DNA of 63,829 nt, filler included, from Octopus bimaculoides (lineage: Eukaryota), in NCBI RefSeq assembly GCF_001194135.2. It is 8 parts of 8 records of this genome, joined end to end, with 100 filler letters (N's around TTAATTAATTAA, not from the genome) between each part and the next. Parts side by side here need not be neighbours in the genome. Positions count along the whole stretch, not along the records: positions 39,879 to 44,078 come from NC_068988.1; positions 44,179 to 51,071 come from NC_068996.1; positions 51,172 to 59,992 come from NC_068994.1; 5 more parts are not named here. One strand, given 5' to 3'. Within the stretch, counting starts at the first letter, position 1; each line of letters begins with the position of its first letter. Made by a program: the position numbers and the translations under genes. This document shows, one piece after another, positions 39,779-52,640 of this stretch. The notes under the pieces were generated by a model, which was not told the origin of the DNA, did no database searches, and saw only the letters and a program-made list of their open reading frames with translations.

Positions 39779-40693
39779 NNNNNNNNNNNNNNNNNNNNNN
39801 NNNNNNNNNNNNNNNNNNNNNNTTAATTAATTAANNNNNNNNNNNNNNNNNNNNNNNNNNNNNNNNNNNNNNNNNNNNGGTGGTGGTGGTTTGGGTGTTG
39901 GTGGTGATGGTGTTGGTGGTGGTGGTGTGTGGTGATGGCAGTGGTAGTGATGGTGGTGATAATGGCATGTTTTGGTATTGGTAGTGATAATAGTGGTAAT
40001 AATGGTGGCTGTAATGATGGTCTTCAACTTCATCATCACCATCATCATCGTCGTCGTCATCATCATCATCATTAATTTCTATCTGCTTTGGAATTGGTTT
40101 GTGGAAACGCTATTGTTGCTTCTGATAATGAAGCTCACAAGAGAGTCTACTGGTGTCATTGATGGATGTCTGCGCTGATGACGGCAGTGCTGATGACGTC
40201 ATTTATGACGTAGGTGGCTTGTGATCAAGACCTTGGTTCTTGGTGTTGTTGTTGTTAGTGGTGGTGGTGGTGGTGGTGGTGATGATGATGATTGTATTAT
40301 CATTGTTTAGTCTCAGGTCAATTTCGATTAAACTGACCTACCATCAACGGTATCCCAGCACTGACCATTCCACCATCTTTTCTTCAGCATGTAAAACGTA
40401 AATTCATCTTCAGTGGTGTCGACCTTGAAGGTTCTGGTTATTCGACCAACGCACAGACCAGCCTATGCCTTAAATTCGCGTGTAAGTGGCTGAATATCAC
40501 ACAAGTACATGTACCATTAAAGTAATCCTCGGGCAGAATTGGCATAATACATGTGACAAAGCAGGCCCCTTTAAATTACAGGTACAGTACATCCAACAGG
40601 TTTCCACTTAAATTTCACTCCTCATAACTGCCTAGTTTTATGACACTTCCACCTAGGTACTTCACGATTCACTTGTCCCTTCTTATCTTTTAG

Positions 40694-40821
40694 GCTATAT
40701 TTGGAGTTCATCCCACCAAACCGTTGCCTCTATATGACCCTCCCCCGCACGCTCTAGGATTCCCTTCCACCGGCTGTGATATTCCAGCAGTCATCAGTTT
40801 GCCATTATTCAAGAGAATGGA
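40694..40821 (+). CDS. Candidate internal exon (AIFGVHPTKPLPLYDPPPHALGFPSTGCDIPAVISLPLFKRM)
   Basis: Strong polypyrimidine acceptor (TTGTCCCTTCTTATCTTTTAG) and GTGAGA donor; exactly one open frame. No homologue recognised. Confidence 0.35.
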
Positions 40822-41169
40822 GTGAGACTATTGGGCGCGGCTGTTTGGACGCTAGTGACTTGACGCGAGATGACTGTATACAGAAAGTGCTTTAGCGAAA
40901 TTATTTTTTGGCACAGGAGACAAACACACACACACACACACATATGCACGTGCGTGCAGAAATATACACATACAGAGTAGAAACAAGTGGTGAAATAGGG
41001 GGAGAGAAAAAGGTAGAGAGGGACAGAGAGAGAGAGAAGTGGAAATAGAGAGAGAGAGGAGGAAAGAGAGAGAAGTGGAAGGAGAGAGGGAAAGAGAGAA
41101 ACATTAAAATGAAGGATACATTAAAACGCCTGATGTCAGTGTCGAATCAGCGAGGCTAAGCAGATGATA

Positions 41170-41219
41170 CCAAAACGGCTGCGCCAAAACGGCTGCGCCA
41201 AAACGGCTGCGCCAAAACG
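41170..41219. repeat. 14-bp tandem repeat CAAAACGGCTGCGC, about 3.5 copies
   Basis: Direct. Confidence 0.9.
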
Positions 41220-42416
41220 TCTTATATCCTCAAGAGGAACCTTAACTACATCAATCTCACCGCTCTTGAAGGACCCCGAGAAGATTATGGAAACAATTCT
41301 TTTCTCCGACAGTTCCTCAGTAAACCCACTAGGGGATTGAGAACATCACAGGTGCAATGTCTTCTTAAATTTTGTTACCCTGGCACACACCCCACTTCAA
41401 TTTGATAACAAATCGAATCGACCTGTACCCTACATCTTAAATGTTACGTAGTAATATTCAAAGGCAAGTATAGTTTCATTTGATTTCCCAGCATACAATG
41501 AAATGAATTTTAGCACACTCAGGTCGGATTTGGAACCCGGACAATTGAGAGAGCCACCAACGTGATAGGCACGGCAACTGAAACAGACTCAAAGTGGCTA
41601 TGGATGATAATACAGGGGAACAATTTGGAACATAATTTCTGAGGGGTTTCCTGTTTCACTTGATTTTGACTAAAACTGGCATGCTGCTCTCAAATCTACA
41701 ATCAGTTTTCTTCTATCACGCCGCTTTATTTTACCCTCTGAATAATCACAATTGTATTGTTTGTTTGTCCGTAAGAAATAGGACTGGTCAGCAGCTTTTA
41801 TTATTTAATTGATAAGACCGCGTGCGGAAAACCTTCCGCAAGTGAAGACTGGTTGAGTCCTCACTGACCCACTCAAGCGAAGAGTGCAGGAAAAGGGGCG
41901 AAACTTTATGCGACCCTGCTATACTTACTGTCGATACAGAAGAGTTTTCAGCATTGCGATCGATTTAGAAGAGCTTGCAAAATCTCTGAGTAGCACCTGC
42001 AGTTTCTGCGTAGGTCAAAGTATCGCTTATTTCACCTAAAACGATTTAACTTCGCGAAGTTACCTCCACAACCAAATCATGTCTACGGAAAGGTACAGGT
42101 ATAACAAGTTCCTTCGTTATAGGAAATTAGGCCGGATAGTTGTGCTGATAGCGGTAAATGAGCCAGAAATAAGCCTGTCCTTTTACTTAATGGCATGTCA
42201 GTTATAGAGAATGCTTGATTCTTGAGGTTACCTCTCATTCTCATTGAAGCTAAGTCTTAAATGCCGTTTGGTAATTATGATGTATCTTATAGAGGCGAAG
42301 ATAATTTTAATAAACCAGGAATTTATGTTGTATGGTATTTAATATACCGGTATTTCTCTCTCTCTCTCTCTCTCTCTCGCTCTCTCTCGCTCTCTCTCTC
42401 ACTCTCTCACTATCTA

Positions 42417-42479
<63 letters not shown>

Positions 42480-42515
42480 CTATATATATGTATATATGAT
42501 ATAATATAATATAAT

Positions 42516-42637
<122 letters not shown>

Positions 42638-43012
42638 CGCACACATACCCACAACTACAACGCCCAAATTCGGCGTCATTCCATTTCGAATGTTGGGATT
42701 TATCACAAGACATCGAAGCACAAACTTCTCTCCCGAATTAAGGTAATACATGCATGATACTAACTTCTGTTCCATTTCCTATGCATACACACCCTTATCA
42801 TTGCTCTAATTAACTTTTATAGCTATTTATGTAAGTTTTAATTATTAAAATCATTTTCTCAACTTGCTTTCAGCTGAGTTGATATAACTACCAACCAACT
42901 TACATGTGTATATACCTGTGTACACGCGCACACATATACACACACACAGACGTACATACATACACCCACATATGTATGTGCGTGTGCATGTATGTATGTA
43001 TTTATGTATGTA

Positions 43013-43375
43013 TAGGGTCACCCAGTGGAAAATAACCAGCAAGCATTTTTCTCAGGGTCACTTTATATCGATAAATAAATCACTTTATGATGGGACGGAG
43101 GCACGGGTTAATGGTGTCACCTCAAGCGAGGTGACATCCTTGCCCCATCTCTTTTTTACTTGTATTTTTCTTTTACTCTAAATCAGGATTTTGATGTGAA
43201 GCTCTCTTCTGGGATATATGCGAGGTACCGCTTTTATGGCCATCTCTTCAACTTGCAGCGATTTGTTGCAAATTCAAAAGTTTTTCAGTCTCTTATTCGT
43301 GACTTCATTTATGCAGATGATTGCGACTTAGTTGCTCATTACAGTTGAAGATATGCAAATTTTCATGGATCATAT
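43013..43375 (+). mobile_element. RTE-clade (BovB-like) RT fragment
   Basis: SLYDGTEARV..., GIYARYRFYGHLFNLQRF...IRDFIYADDCDLVAH. Confidence 0.85.
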
Positions 43376-43384
43376 GGATTCAAG

Positions 43385-43800
43385 GCTTTACTGTGACATA
43401 TTGCAGAAAACAATGTTGAAAAGCATCAAGGAACTAGGAAGACATTCCATGCTCCAACGTGATAATGACCCTAAATACACTTCAAAGATAACAACTAAGT
43501 TTTAGTCAGACAAAAAGGTAAAGGTATTGCCTTCGCCTACCATGTCACATGATTTAAACCCAATAGAACATCCGTAGGATGTTTTGAAAAGGAAGGTTGA
43601 GGAGAAAAAAAACCTCGCAATGTAGCACAGTTGAAAGACATCATTTAGGATGAATGGAGGTCGATTTCATTGATTATATCCAGAGATTTAGTCGACCCTA
43701 AGCCCAGAAGACTTCACGCAGTCATTGAAAGCAAGGGCGGTCACACTAAATATTGACTATAGCAAATAATCCTTTAGAGTGTACATATTTTTGTAACAGT
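43385..43800 (+). mobile_element. Tc1 (DD34E) transposase 3' fragment
   Basis: QRDNDPKYTS...DLNPIEH gives D-x34-E; ends ...RRLHAVIESKGGHTKY*. Contains internal stops. Confidence 0.9.
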
Positions 43801-44078
43801 GGAGGCGCAATGGCCCAGTGGTTAGGGCAGCGAACTCGCAGTCATAGGATCGCGGTTTCGATTCCCAGACCGGGCGTTGTGAGCGTTTATTGAGCGAAAA
43901 CACCTAAAGCTCCACGAGGCTCCGGCAGCGGATGGTGGCGAACCCTGCTGTACTCTTCCACCACAACTTTCTCTCACTCTTACTTCCTGTTTCTTCTGTG
44001 CCTATAATTCAATGGGTCAGCCTTGTCACACTGTGTCACGTTGAATATCCCCGAGAACTACGTTAAGGGTACACGTGT
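43801..44078 (+). mobile_element. tRNA-derived SINE family C (cut by contig edge)
   Basis: A box TGGCCCAGTGG and B-box-like GGTTTCGATTCC; reverse complement of 55936-56315. Confidence 0.9.
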
Positions 44079-44263
44079 NNNNNNNNNNNNNNNNNNNNNN
44101 NNNNNNNNNNNNNNNNNNNNNNTTAATTAATTAANNNNNNNNNNNNNNNNNNNNNNNNNNNNNNNNNNNNNNNNNNNNAATAAGTGCCAGTTGAACATTG
44201 GGGTTGGTGTAATCGACTCAACCCCATCTCCAAAATGGCTACCCTTGTGGCAAAATTTGAAAC

Positions 44264-44332
<69 letters not shown>

Positions 44333-45522
44333 CCATTAACAATATGTTTCAGTGTTTCTTCAAAGCTTACACATAATCTGTAATCACTTATGTATCCAGC
44401 TTTATAATACAGTTTTGATAGTTTTTCGTGAGAGGATTTTCATTTCAGTTCAACAATTACAAGAAATCCCTCGGTTGCTTGTTTCTTTACTTCTTCTTTT
44501 TTCTTTTTTTTTTTTGTCTACATTTTATATATTTTACCCGTTTACGCAGTTTCTTTGCCAACATCCTAACAAGACAGTCTGTGACTCTTTTTCAATTTAG
44601 ACATTGTTATATTTCAGAAGAGCAATAGCTAATGAAACCTATAAACACACACCAGTTGTTCGTCTATATATTTTTTCTTTTTCATAACAATTGTTGTTTT
44701 TTATATTCCACCAAATGTTTTTCATTCTATGAACTTACAGTCTTTTCAATGGCGGTACATTTTCAAAAACCTTATTTTCTTTTAACTGATATTATTCTTG
44801 TTATATATCACTATTGTAAGTATAGTAAACCGAATGCGTGAGTGTTTGTTATAGTTCTTAAATAAATTATTTTAAATAAATTCTTCTCGACAGCTATCTT
44901 TTACCCAAATTATATTTGGTTGAGTTTCATGAAAATAAAATACATTCGTTATTTATTATTATAATAATAATAATAAACAAAAGTCTTTATAGATCTTTCT
45001 ATTAGTTTTCCTTTCTAATTTACGAGATTATTTTCATTAAATTTTTAAGTGCTTATTTAATAAAACGTTTCAAGTTACAAAAGATACATTTTACTCTTTA
45101 ATTGTATCAAACACATTTTTTACTTATTTGGCTTTTTTGGTGGTGTAATTTAAATGCAGTCATATTTTTTCCTGTCTCTCTTGTTACATGACGATTCGTT
45201 CTAGCTGGGATTATTATAATTTTGCTTAATTTCTAGGGTAGCTAAAATATGGGTGCCTTATTACTATTTTTTTTCGTATAGCTCCATTTTAAGTATGAAT
45301 TGCGTCTCTAATTTTCCCTGTTAGCTTTTCTTTAGTCTCTGTATATTGTACCTTGTCTAGTTTCTAATTAAAAAATCTGTGTTTAGCCTAATTCTCATTT
45401 ATATGCTTTTAATTTATACATAATAATTTCCGTTCTTCTCTGTTTTCTTGACATGATTTTAACTCGAATATCATGTTAGATCTTTTAGAAAATATGTTTT
45501 CTCTCCGCATAAGTGTTTCTAG

Positions 45523-45661
45523 TTGTTTATCAGCCACAACGTACAACTTGAGGACGTCCATATGCATTTATTACCCTACCACAACATTTGAATCTGAATC
45601 CATACCACTTAAACACGCTGGCTGGCTAAAAGTGCTTAGGTCACAGAGCAACAGACACAGA
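45523..45661 (+). CDS. Weak candidate exon (CLSATTYNLRTSICIYYPTTTFESESIPLKHAGWLKVLRSQSNRHR)
   Basis: TTTCTAG acceptor, perfect GTGAGT donor and one open frame in unique sequence. Confidence 0.25.
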
Positions 45662-45888
45662 GTGAGTTTTTTTTTGTTATATATATAATAGCCACTTCTG
45701 TCTGTGTCCGCAATATTGTTTGCTATTTAGGTTGGACGCTTTTTGACTTATTTCTATATTTTCTGCTTTGAATTCCATCTGACATATAACCAATGTACCA
45801 ACTATCATTTTAATTATAGGACTTATGCAATACTATCCATCTTTATATCTTTCAAATATGATAATTGGAGAGATAGATAGATAGATAA

Positions 45889-45925
<37 letters not shown>

Positions 45926-46709
45926 TAGATAGATAAATAGATAGATAGAGAGGGAAAGAGAGAGAGAGAGAGAGGGGGGAGAGAGATGTGTGTGCGTGGG
46001 CATCTGATAGCATTCAAAGTTCCACAATTTTTGGCCTATACTTGAGCCAAGACTGCAGCACCATTTAGAGACGATCTTTGGAATAAACGTCTAACAAAGT
46101 GCGGCCACATTTGTGTAACGATTGAGGGATATCTGCAGATGGCCAAATGCCAGCGCATGTCACAATATCCGTAGCCACAATATGTTAAACCTTGTGTGTA
46201 AAGGGTTGCTGTCACATGTACCACGTAGATAGGGAATGCTTCTTTGTCGAGAAGCAAAAGGCAAGACACTCCATGCTTCGACGAAAATAGGAGTAAGGCA
46301 TGTTGGTCAATCAGTAAACTGTGATGGAGAAGATGTACGTGTTCGCCATCTCAGCTTGATATTTCAGGTTAAGCACATTTGCAGGTGAGACAGAACACAA
46401 TGAACCAGGACCTGACTAGCAGCTTATTCCTTAGCTGAGCATCTAACGACGCCAAATAACTTCCATGTATGTATGTAAGTAAGTATGTATGTATGTATGT
46501 ATGTATGTATGTATGTATGTATGTATGTATGTATGTATGTATGTAGGTAGGTAGGTAGGTAGATAGGTATGCGTGTGTATGTATGTATGCATGTATGCAT
46601 GTATGTATGTATGTATGTATGTATGTATGTATGTATGTATGTATGTATGCATGTATGTATGCATGTATGAATGTATGTATGTGTGTGTGTGTGTGTGTAT
46701 GTATGTATG

Positions 46710-48152
46710 ATTTTTCTTTGAGTTTTATGTTCTTCTTGAGAGAGCTCAAGCTTTTCGTTAACAAAGCGACAAAACGTTTTGAGTTAAGAGAGTTCCCGTT
46801 GTTTGTAAATGTGTGGTTTATTTGGTGTGTTGAGTGAGTTGTCGAAGCACACCTCCAAATGTGTTCATCTATTCACATAAGAATCTGAGATGGAGAAGTT
46901 TTGGAATGTCTTACATATCTTCATTGTGCCACAGACGATTAAATTTGGAGAATCCGCATCAGTTTTTCTTGCTCTTTCTTCGTGAAACCGAGTATTTCTA
47001 GGTCCTTGTGAAAATTAACTGGTACATGAGCTAATGCAACTATGATGATAATTACAAATGAGAATTCATAGTCAGAATGCAAGAGCTTTAAGTTCCGGAT
47101 TAATTCACGATAAATGTTCTCTTTCTCCTGGACTTTTGATTATATATTTTATATCGTATGGGCAGCTAACCTCTTCAACACTGAATGAATTTTGTTCCCT
47201 GTCCCATAGAACAATACCGAACTGATGATTTCATTGGAGTGTTCCATAAGTATCCCTTGAATTTAAAGGTGTGAATACCTGCTGCTTCTGACATGCCTTT
47301 GATGTATATATCAGGCCATTCCTTCCTGCGGATAACATTGTAAATACTCTTTGCAAATATATCATGCCATATGGGCAGGTAGTATCTCGTAGACATTTTA
47401 GAGCAGCTGCTGATGATGTGGTTGATATCTTCCACACTGCTATAACAGAGCCGACATTTTTTTTTTAATCACAACTTGGAAGTTGTCAGGTATTTAGCTA
47501 TCCCCCGTTCTTCGAGAGCGAAAGCGTATTCTTCAAGGTGAGATGTAATGTATTTATTATCGTAGGTTCAGGATAAGTCACGTTTCCTGTCAATGTTGTG
47601 GTTGCCCTGTAGTTAACGGGATGTGTAGCCATGCACTGCTTTTTGTTGGTACGATGCTTGCTTCTCCTCAAAACTTCTGTCTAGGTCGGCCAGTCCAGAG
47701 TAACAGCACAGTAGTTCTCCAACTCTGAAGATGTTGTTGCCCTCAGTTTTGAGTATGCATGGAATGTACTCATCTCTATCTTTACAGCTTGGCAGATATT
47801 GTCTAAGTGATAAAATGCGACACTCAAATGCTGTTTAGACTGACCTTATGCCTCTACTGCCATGACTTCGTCTCACAAAAATCCTATCGGAGTTGATGTA
47901 AGTGTGGAAGTTGCCAGTGGTGGTCAGTACTTTTCTGGTTTTGATGTTCAGACTGCGTATCTTATCGAGCGCCCAGTCCAATATCCCAAATGTTGGTACT
48001 ACCACTGGTTTGCAAAAACATTGTGAAATATGGCCGTTTTAAATGCAGACAGCTCTGAATGCCATATTTTCCAGAATCTATTGAGGTATTCTTTTTTTCT
48101 TTTTTGGCTTTAGTCACAGCACCTACGAATGCAACATTTTCATCGATTCCGA
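46710..48152 (-). mobile_element. 5'-truncated R4/Dong-like LINE (longest copy)
   Basis: RT C-terminus EYLNRFWKIWHSELS..PTFGILDW..IKTRKVL..DRIFVRR..GRG, then the knuckle/RLE region homologous to 17547-18703. Both flanks are (TGTA)n. Confidence 0.9.
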
Positions 48153-50772
48153 TGTATGTATGTATGAATGTATGTATGTATGTATGTATGTATGTATGTA
48201 TGTATGTATGCATACATGAATAGATTTATGCATATATGAATGTATGTTCCTATGTATGCATGCATACGTGTATGTATATGTGTATGAATGTATGTATGCA
48301 TGTATGTATGTGTGTGTGAATGTGTGTGTGTATATTACGNNNNNNNNNNNNNNNNNNNNNNNNNNNNNNNNNNNNNNNNNNNNNNNNNNNNNNNNNNNNN
48401 NNNNNNNNNNNNNNNNNNNNNNNNNNNNNNNNNNNNNNNNNNNNNNNNNNNNNNNNNNNNNNNNNNNNNNNNNNNNNNNNNNNNNNNNNNNNNNNNNNNN
48501 NNNNNNNNNNNNNNNNNNNNNNNNNNNNNNNNNNNNNNNNNNNNNNNNNNNNNNNNNNNNNNNNNNNNNNNNNNNNNNNNNNNNNNNNNNNNNNNNNNNN
48601 NNNNNNNNNNNNNNNNNNNNNNNNNNNNNNNNNNNNNNNNNNNNNNNNNNNNNNNNNNNNNNNNNNNNNNNNNNNNNNNNNNNNNNNNNNNNNNNNNNNN
48701 NNNNNNNNNNNNNNNNNNNNNNNNNNNNNNNNNNNNNNNNNNNNNNNNNNNNNNNNNNNNNNNNNNNNNNNNNNNNNNNNNNNNNNNNNNNNNNNNNNNN
48801 NNNNNNNNNNNNNNNNNNNNNNNNNNNNNNNNNNNNNNNNNNNNNNNNNNNNNNNNNNNNNNNNNNNNNNNNNNNNNNNNNNNNNATGTATGTATGTATG
48901 TATGTATGTATGAATGTATGTATGTATGTATGTATGTATGAATGTATGTATGTATGTATGTATGTATGTATGAATGTATGTATGTATGTATGTATGTATG
49001 TATGTGTGTATGTATGTATGTATGTATGTATGAATGTATGTATGTATGTATGTATGTATGTATGTATGTATGTATGCATACATGAATAGATTTATGCATA
49101 TATGAATGTATGTTCCTATGTATGCATGCATACGTGTATGTATATGTGTATGAATGTATGTATGCATGTATGTATGTGTGTGTGAATGTGTGTGTGTATA
49201 TTACGTGAGTATACATGTGTATGGCTGTGTTTATTGTGTTTGTGCGTTTACGTATTTGTATGTGTTTGAATAGTGGCTACAACTTATTTCAATTACACCG
49301 TGTAATGTGTTGTTTAGCTCTAGTTTAATGTTCAACTATCTGATCAATAACCAAAAGCATTCCTTCCTTTACCTTCTCAACTTTATTTTAAGGCCTTTTC
49401 TATCTTGGTCAAACATAATGCAATATGTTCTTTCTTTCTTTCTTTCATTCTTTCTTTCTTTCTTTCTTCCTAAACCATTGAAGTATAATTTTAAGACCCA
49501 CTCCAACGCAGTCAAGATATTAACTAATATTGCTGGCCGGTCGAGTGACAGTTCGAAGGCCTCCCTCGTTGGCTGATCTTGCGTTATGTCTGCAGCTGAA
49601 CTGCAGTACGTAATGTCAAAATACTGGCGTTATTATAGAAAGAAAGAAAGAAAAAGAAAAAAATAACGCCTATCATGTATTATTTTGTTCTAGGCAATCA
49701 AATGCACATTTTCGGTGAAAACCTATTACTAAGTTTTGTAGTTGCCTAGATGCCTAATTTATTATGAAACTGAAACGCATCCAAAGATACTGAGGTGAAC
49801 CAAATCCATATCGATTCATTTACTAACATATACAGTGGGTTAAATATATGCACCATATTTCCATGCTCTTTCTCTATTACTCTAAATGTTTAGAATAAGA
49901 AACCAAGGAAACTACTTCACATTAAAATGCTGCATTTCTCTTTATACGTAACATCCTTTGCATTTATTTCTCATAAATTTAATTTTGTATTTTCACTTCT
50001 CGCTTCTTTTTTATTTTCATTTTTTTCAACGCATTTTAAACCACCATATTAATTTCCACCACAAATACTTAATAACCTCTACCGATATATTGTTATTTTC
50101 TTTCCTGCCTTTTCCATGTGCAATCAATTATTTCTTCATTTTTTTCCCCTTCAATTTTTTCTCCTCACTGAAACATTATTCATATCGCGTACCATACATG
50201 TGAACACATGTGGATTGTTCATAAACCTGACAGTGAGGAGAATATGAAATAAGCATGTCCGAATAACCTAATGCTAACATGGTTGGTGAAAATATTCTAA
50301 CATTTTCAAATGTTAAAAAAATTTTTTTTTATAATACTATAGAAAAAATGCAACACTTTTTAACAGAGAAGTTATTTTCATTTAAGATACACCGAATCGG
50401 TAAACAAATAGTGTAAATTTTGACATCATGTGATCTCCGCTTTTTATTTTCGGACATTTTTGAACATCTGCTGATTATATAAAGTGATATCGTCCACTCT
50501 GGCATGGCACAATTGACACATTCTCTCTGCGTATGGAGGTTAAGAGACTTCCTTATCTCTCTCGCTGATCAAATATTTAGTAGCTATCTCCTGTTCTGGA
50601 TAGCCAATATCTCAAGAACCAGTTGTCCGATTTACACGAAACGTATTTTATTCCGTCTGTATTCACATTTCAGGAGATCCTTTATTCATAATATTTTCCC
50701 ATTATCCGCCAGTTTGGCTCTGTAACATTGCAAACAAGCAAGATTGAAGTTCATTTTTAATATGATATATAA

Positions 50773-50985
50773 GGTGACGAGCTGACAGAAACGTTAGCAT
50801 GCCGGATGAAATGCTTATCGGTATTTCGTCCGTCTTTACGTTCTGAGTTGAAATTCCGCCGAGGTCAACTTTGCCTTTCACCCTTTCGGGGTCGATAAAT
50901 TAAGTACCAGTTGCGTATTGGTGTCGATCTAATCGACTGCCCCACTCCCCACAAATTTCGGGCCTTGTGCCTAGAGTAGAAAAGA
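50773..50985 (+). mobile_element. SINE family B, full length
   Basis: Head, body and tail GGCCTTGTGCCTAGAGTAGAAAAG. Confidence 0.9.
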
Positions 50986-51002
50986 ATAATAATAACTGAA
51001 AG

Positions 51003-51047
51003 TTTGCCGTACTCAGAGTTACTCGTTTCCGATCATCAGCTGATAAA
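51003..51047 (-). ncRNA. Degenerate minimal hammerhead motif
   Basis: TTTATCAG-CTGATGA-TCG gaaa CGA-GTAA-CTC t GAG-TA-CGGCAAA; GAAA core mutated to GTAA. Confidence 0.6.
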
Positions 51048-51296
51048 CCGAGAATACTCTACATTTGTATTNNNNNNNNNNNNNNNNNNNNNNNNNNNNN
51101 NNNNNNNNNNNNNNNTTAATTAATTAANNNNNNNNNNNNNNNNNNNNNNNNNNNNNNNNNNNNNNNNNNNNCGGTAAGATATAACATTGTCTTTATCTAA
51201 AGAGCTAAATAAAGTGAACGTGTAAAGGATTGCCTTGTTGGCTTCGATAGGGTGTATAAATTACACATACTGTAATTTTATGTGTATGTGTATACA

Positions 51297-51612
51297 CACG
51301 CATACCTCATCTTAAGTCATTTCGAGTTAAGTCTTTTTCGACTTTTCATTTTTTTTTAAAGATAAACCTCACCTTCATTTGATTTAGTCAACTTTACGTC
51401 GGTTTCAGTCGACATAACACAGCGGGAAAAAAAAAACATTAAAAAAGAACAATACTGTAGCGGAAAATCACAATAAATGTGAAAATATCTACAAACAAAT
51501 TAGAACAGATATAAGCTAATGAAATTTTAAAACTGTCTTTTCGTGTTACGTCGTTTTTCGAGTTAAGTCGCATGTCTTGGAACCATTACAAATGCAATTT
51601 GAAGTATGCCTG
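51297..51612. mobile_element. pogo/Tigger-like MITE
   Basis: TIRs CACGCATACCTC / CAGGCATACTTC (Tigger-type CAGGCATACCTC), internal TCGAGTTAAGTC repeats, CA dinucleotide on both flanks. Confidence 0.65.
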
Positions 51613-52504
51613 CATGTGTACACACACACACATATATATATATATGATGTAACAGAGTATAAAAACACTGAACTACCTGTCATGCACTATCTTATGTAAT
51701 GTCTTAAACAGTTCGTTCACTATTTAGCAGTTTCTGTCGTTCAATTTCTAAACTCAAATCCAGGTTGATAGGTCAATATACTTTTTAATGGTCTAAGGAC
51801 GGGAGCGGGGGATGGGAGAGGGAGAGAAAATGGATTAAATAAATACCAGGTATGTACTAGGACTAACCCAATATCAACGACATCTAAATATACCATATTT
51901 AACGCAAAATACGAGGCCGTATGCTGTTGTTTAAAAAAAAAAATGATCTCAATTCAACGCAAAGGACACAAACAATATGGAATGTGTGGGTGTATAAAAT
52001 AAAGGATTGCGTGTGTCTGTGTAGAAGATGAGAGTTTGGGTTTAAATTAGATTTAAATTGAGCGAACTAATTATCTGAAACGCGAGTTTTCGACTTATTG
52101 GTTCTATTCAGATGGAAAATTAGAATGGATCATGTACAGAGCTGTATAACCCCAAGTAAGTCCTGACTGAATAGACAGGCCAATGACCGACCACAGGTGT
52201 TCCAAACGTAGCAATCACATTTGTTTTTCCTTTTCAGGTATAAGATATCTAGGATTACATTATCCAATGTGCTGTCCTCTTTTTAAAGTAATGTCGGATT
52301 TGAATAAGATCTAGCTGGGGTTTCTTTTCTTTCGAGTGACTGACAGCACAGAGATTTCTGTCCTTCCCTCATTAACTCTACAGCACCTGAAGTTGTTTAT
52401 TTCACCGCAAGCCAGCCTCGCTCGAGAAGAGCTATGACGAAAAACGTTCCAACTATGACCATCCCGCCTTTCTTTTGTTTTTTGTTAGGAGTATCTAGGA
52501 CAAC

Positions 52505-52640
52505 CACAGGCAAACTGCGGCTCGCGGGACTTTGTAAACGGTACATCTAACAAAATATTCGAATCCTTTTAGTAGTGCGGCCCACCTGACGATGAACCAT
52601 GTCTCATGCGGCCCGCTTTTCCAAAAAAGGTTGCCTACTA
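52505..52640. mobile_element. Degenerate hAT-Charlie-like MITE
   Basis: GGCAAACTGCGGCTCGCGGG ... TGCGGCCCGC...AAAAAGGTTGCCTAC, typical Charlie-type ends. Confidence 0.5.

Noticed and set aside
48150-49210. About 190-bp direct repeat flanking a 550-N gap
   Set aside because: Near-identical microsatellite-rich flanks around a gap are most likely a scaffolding artefact.
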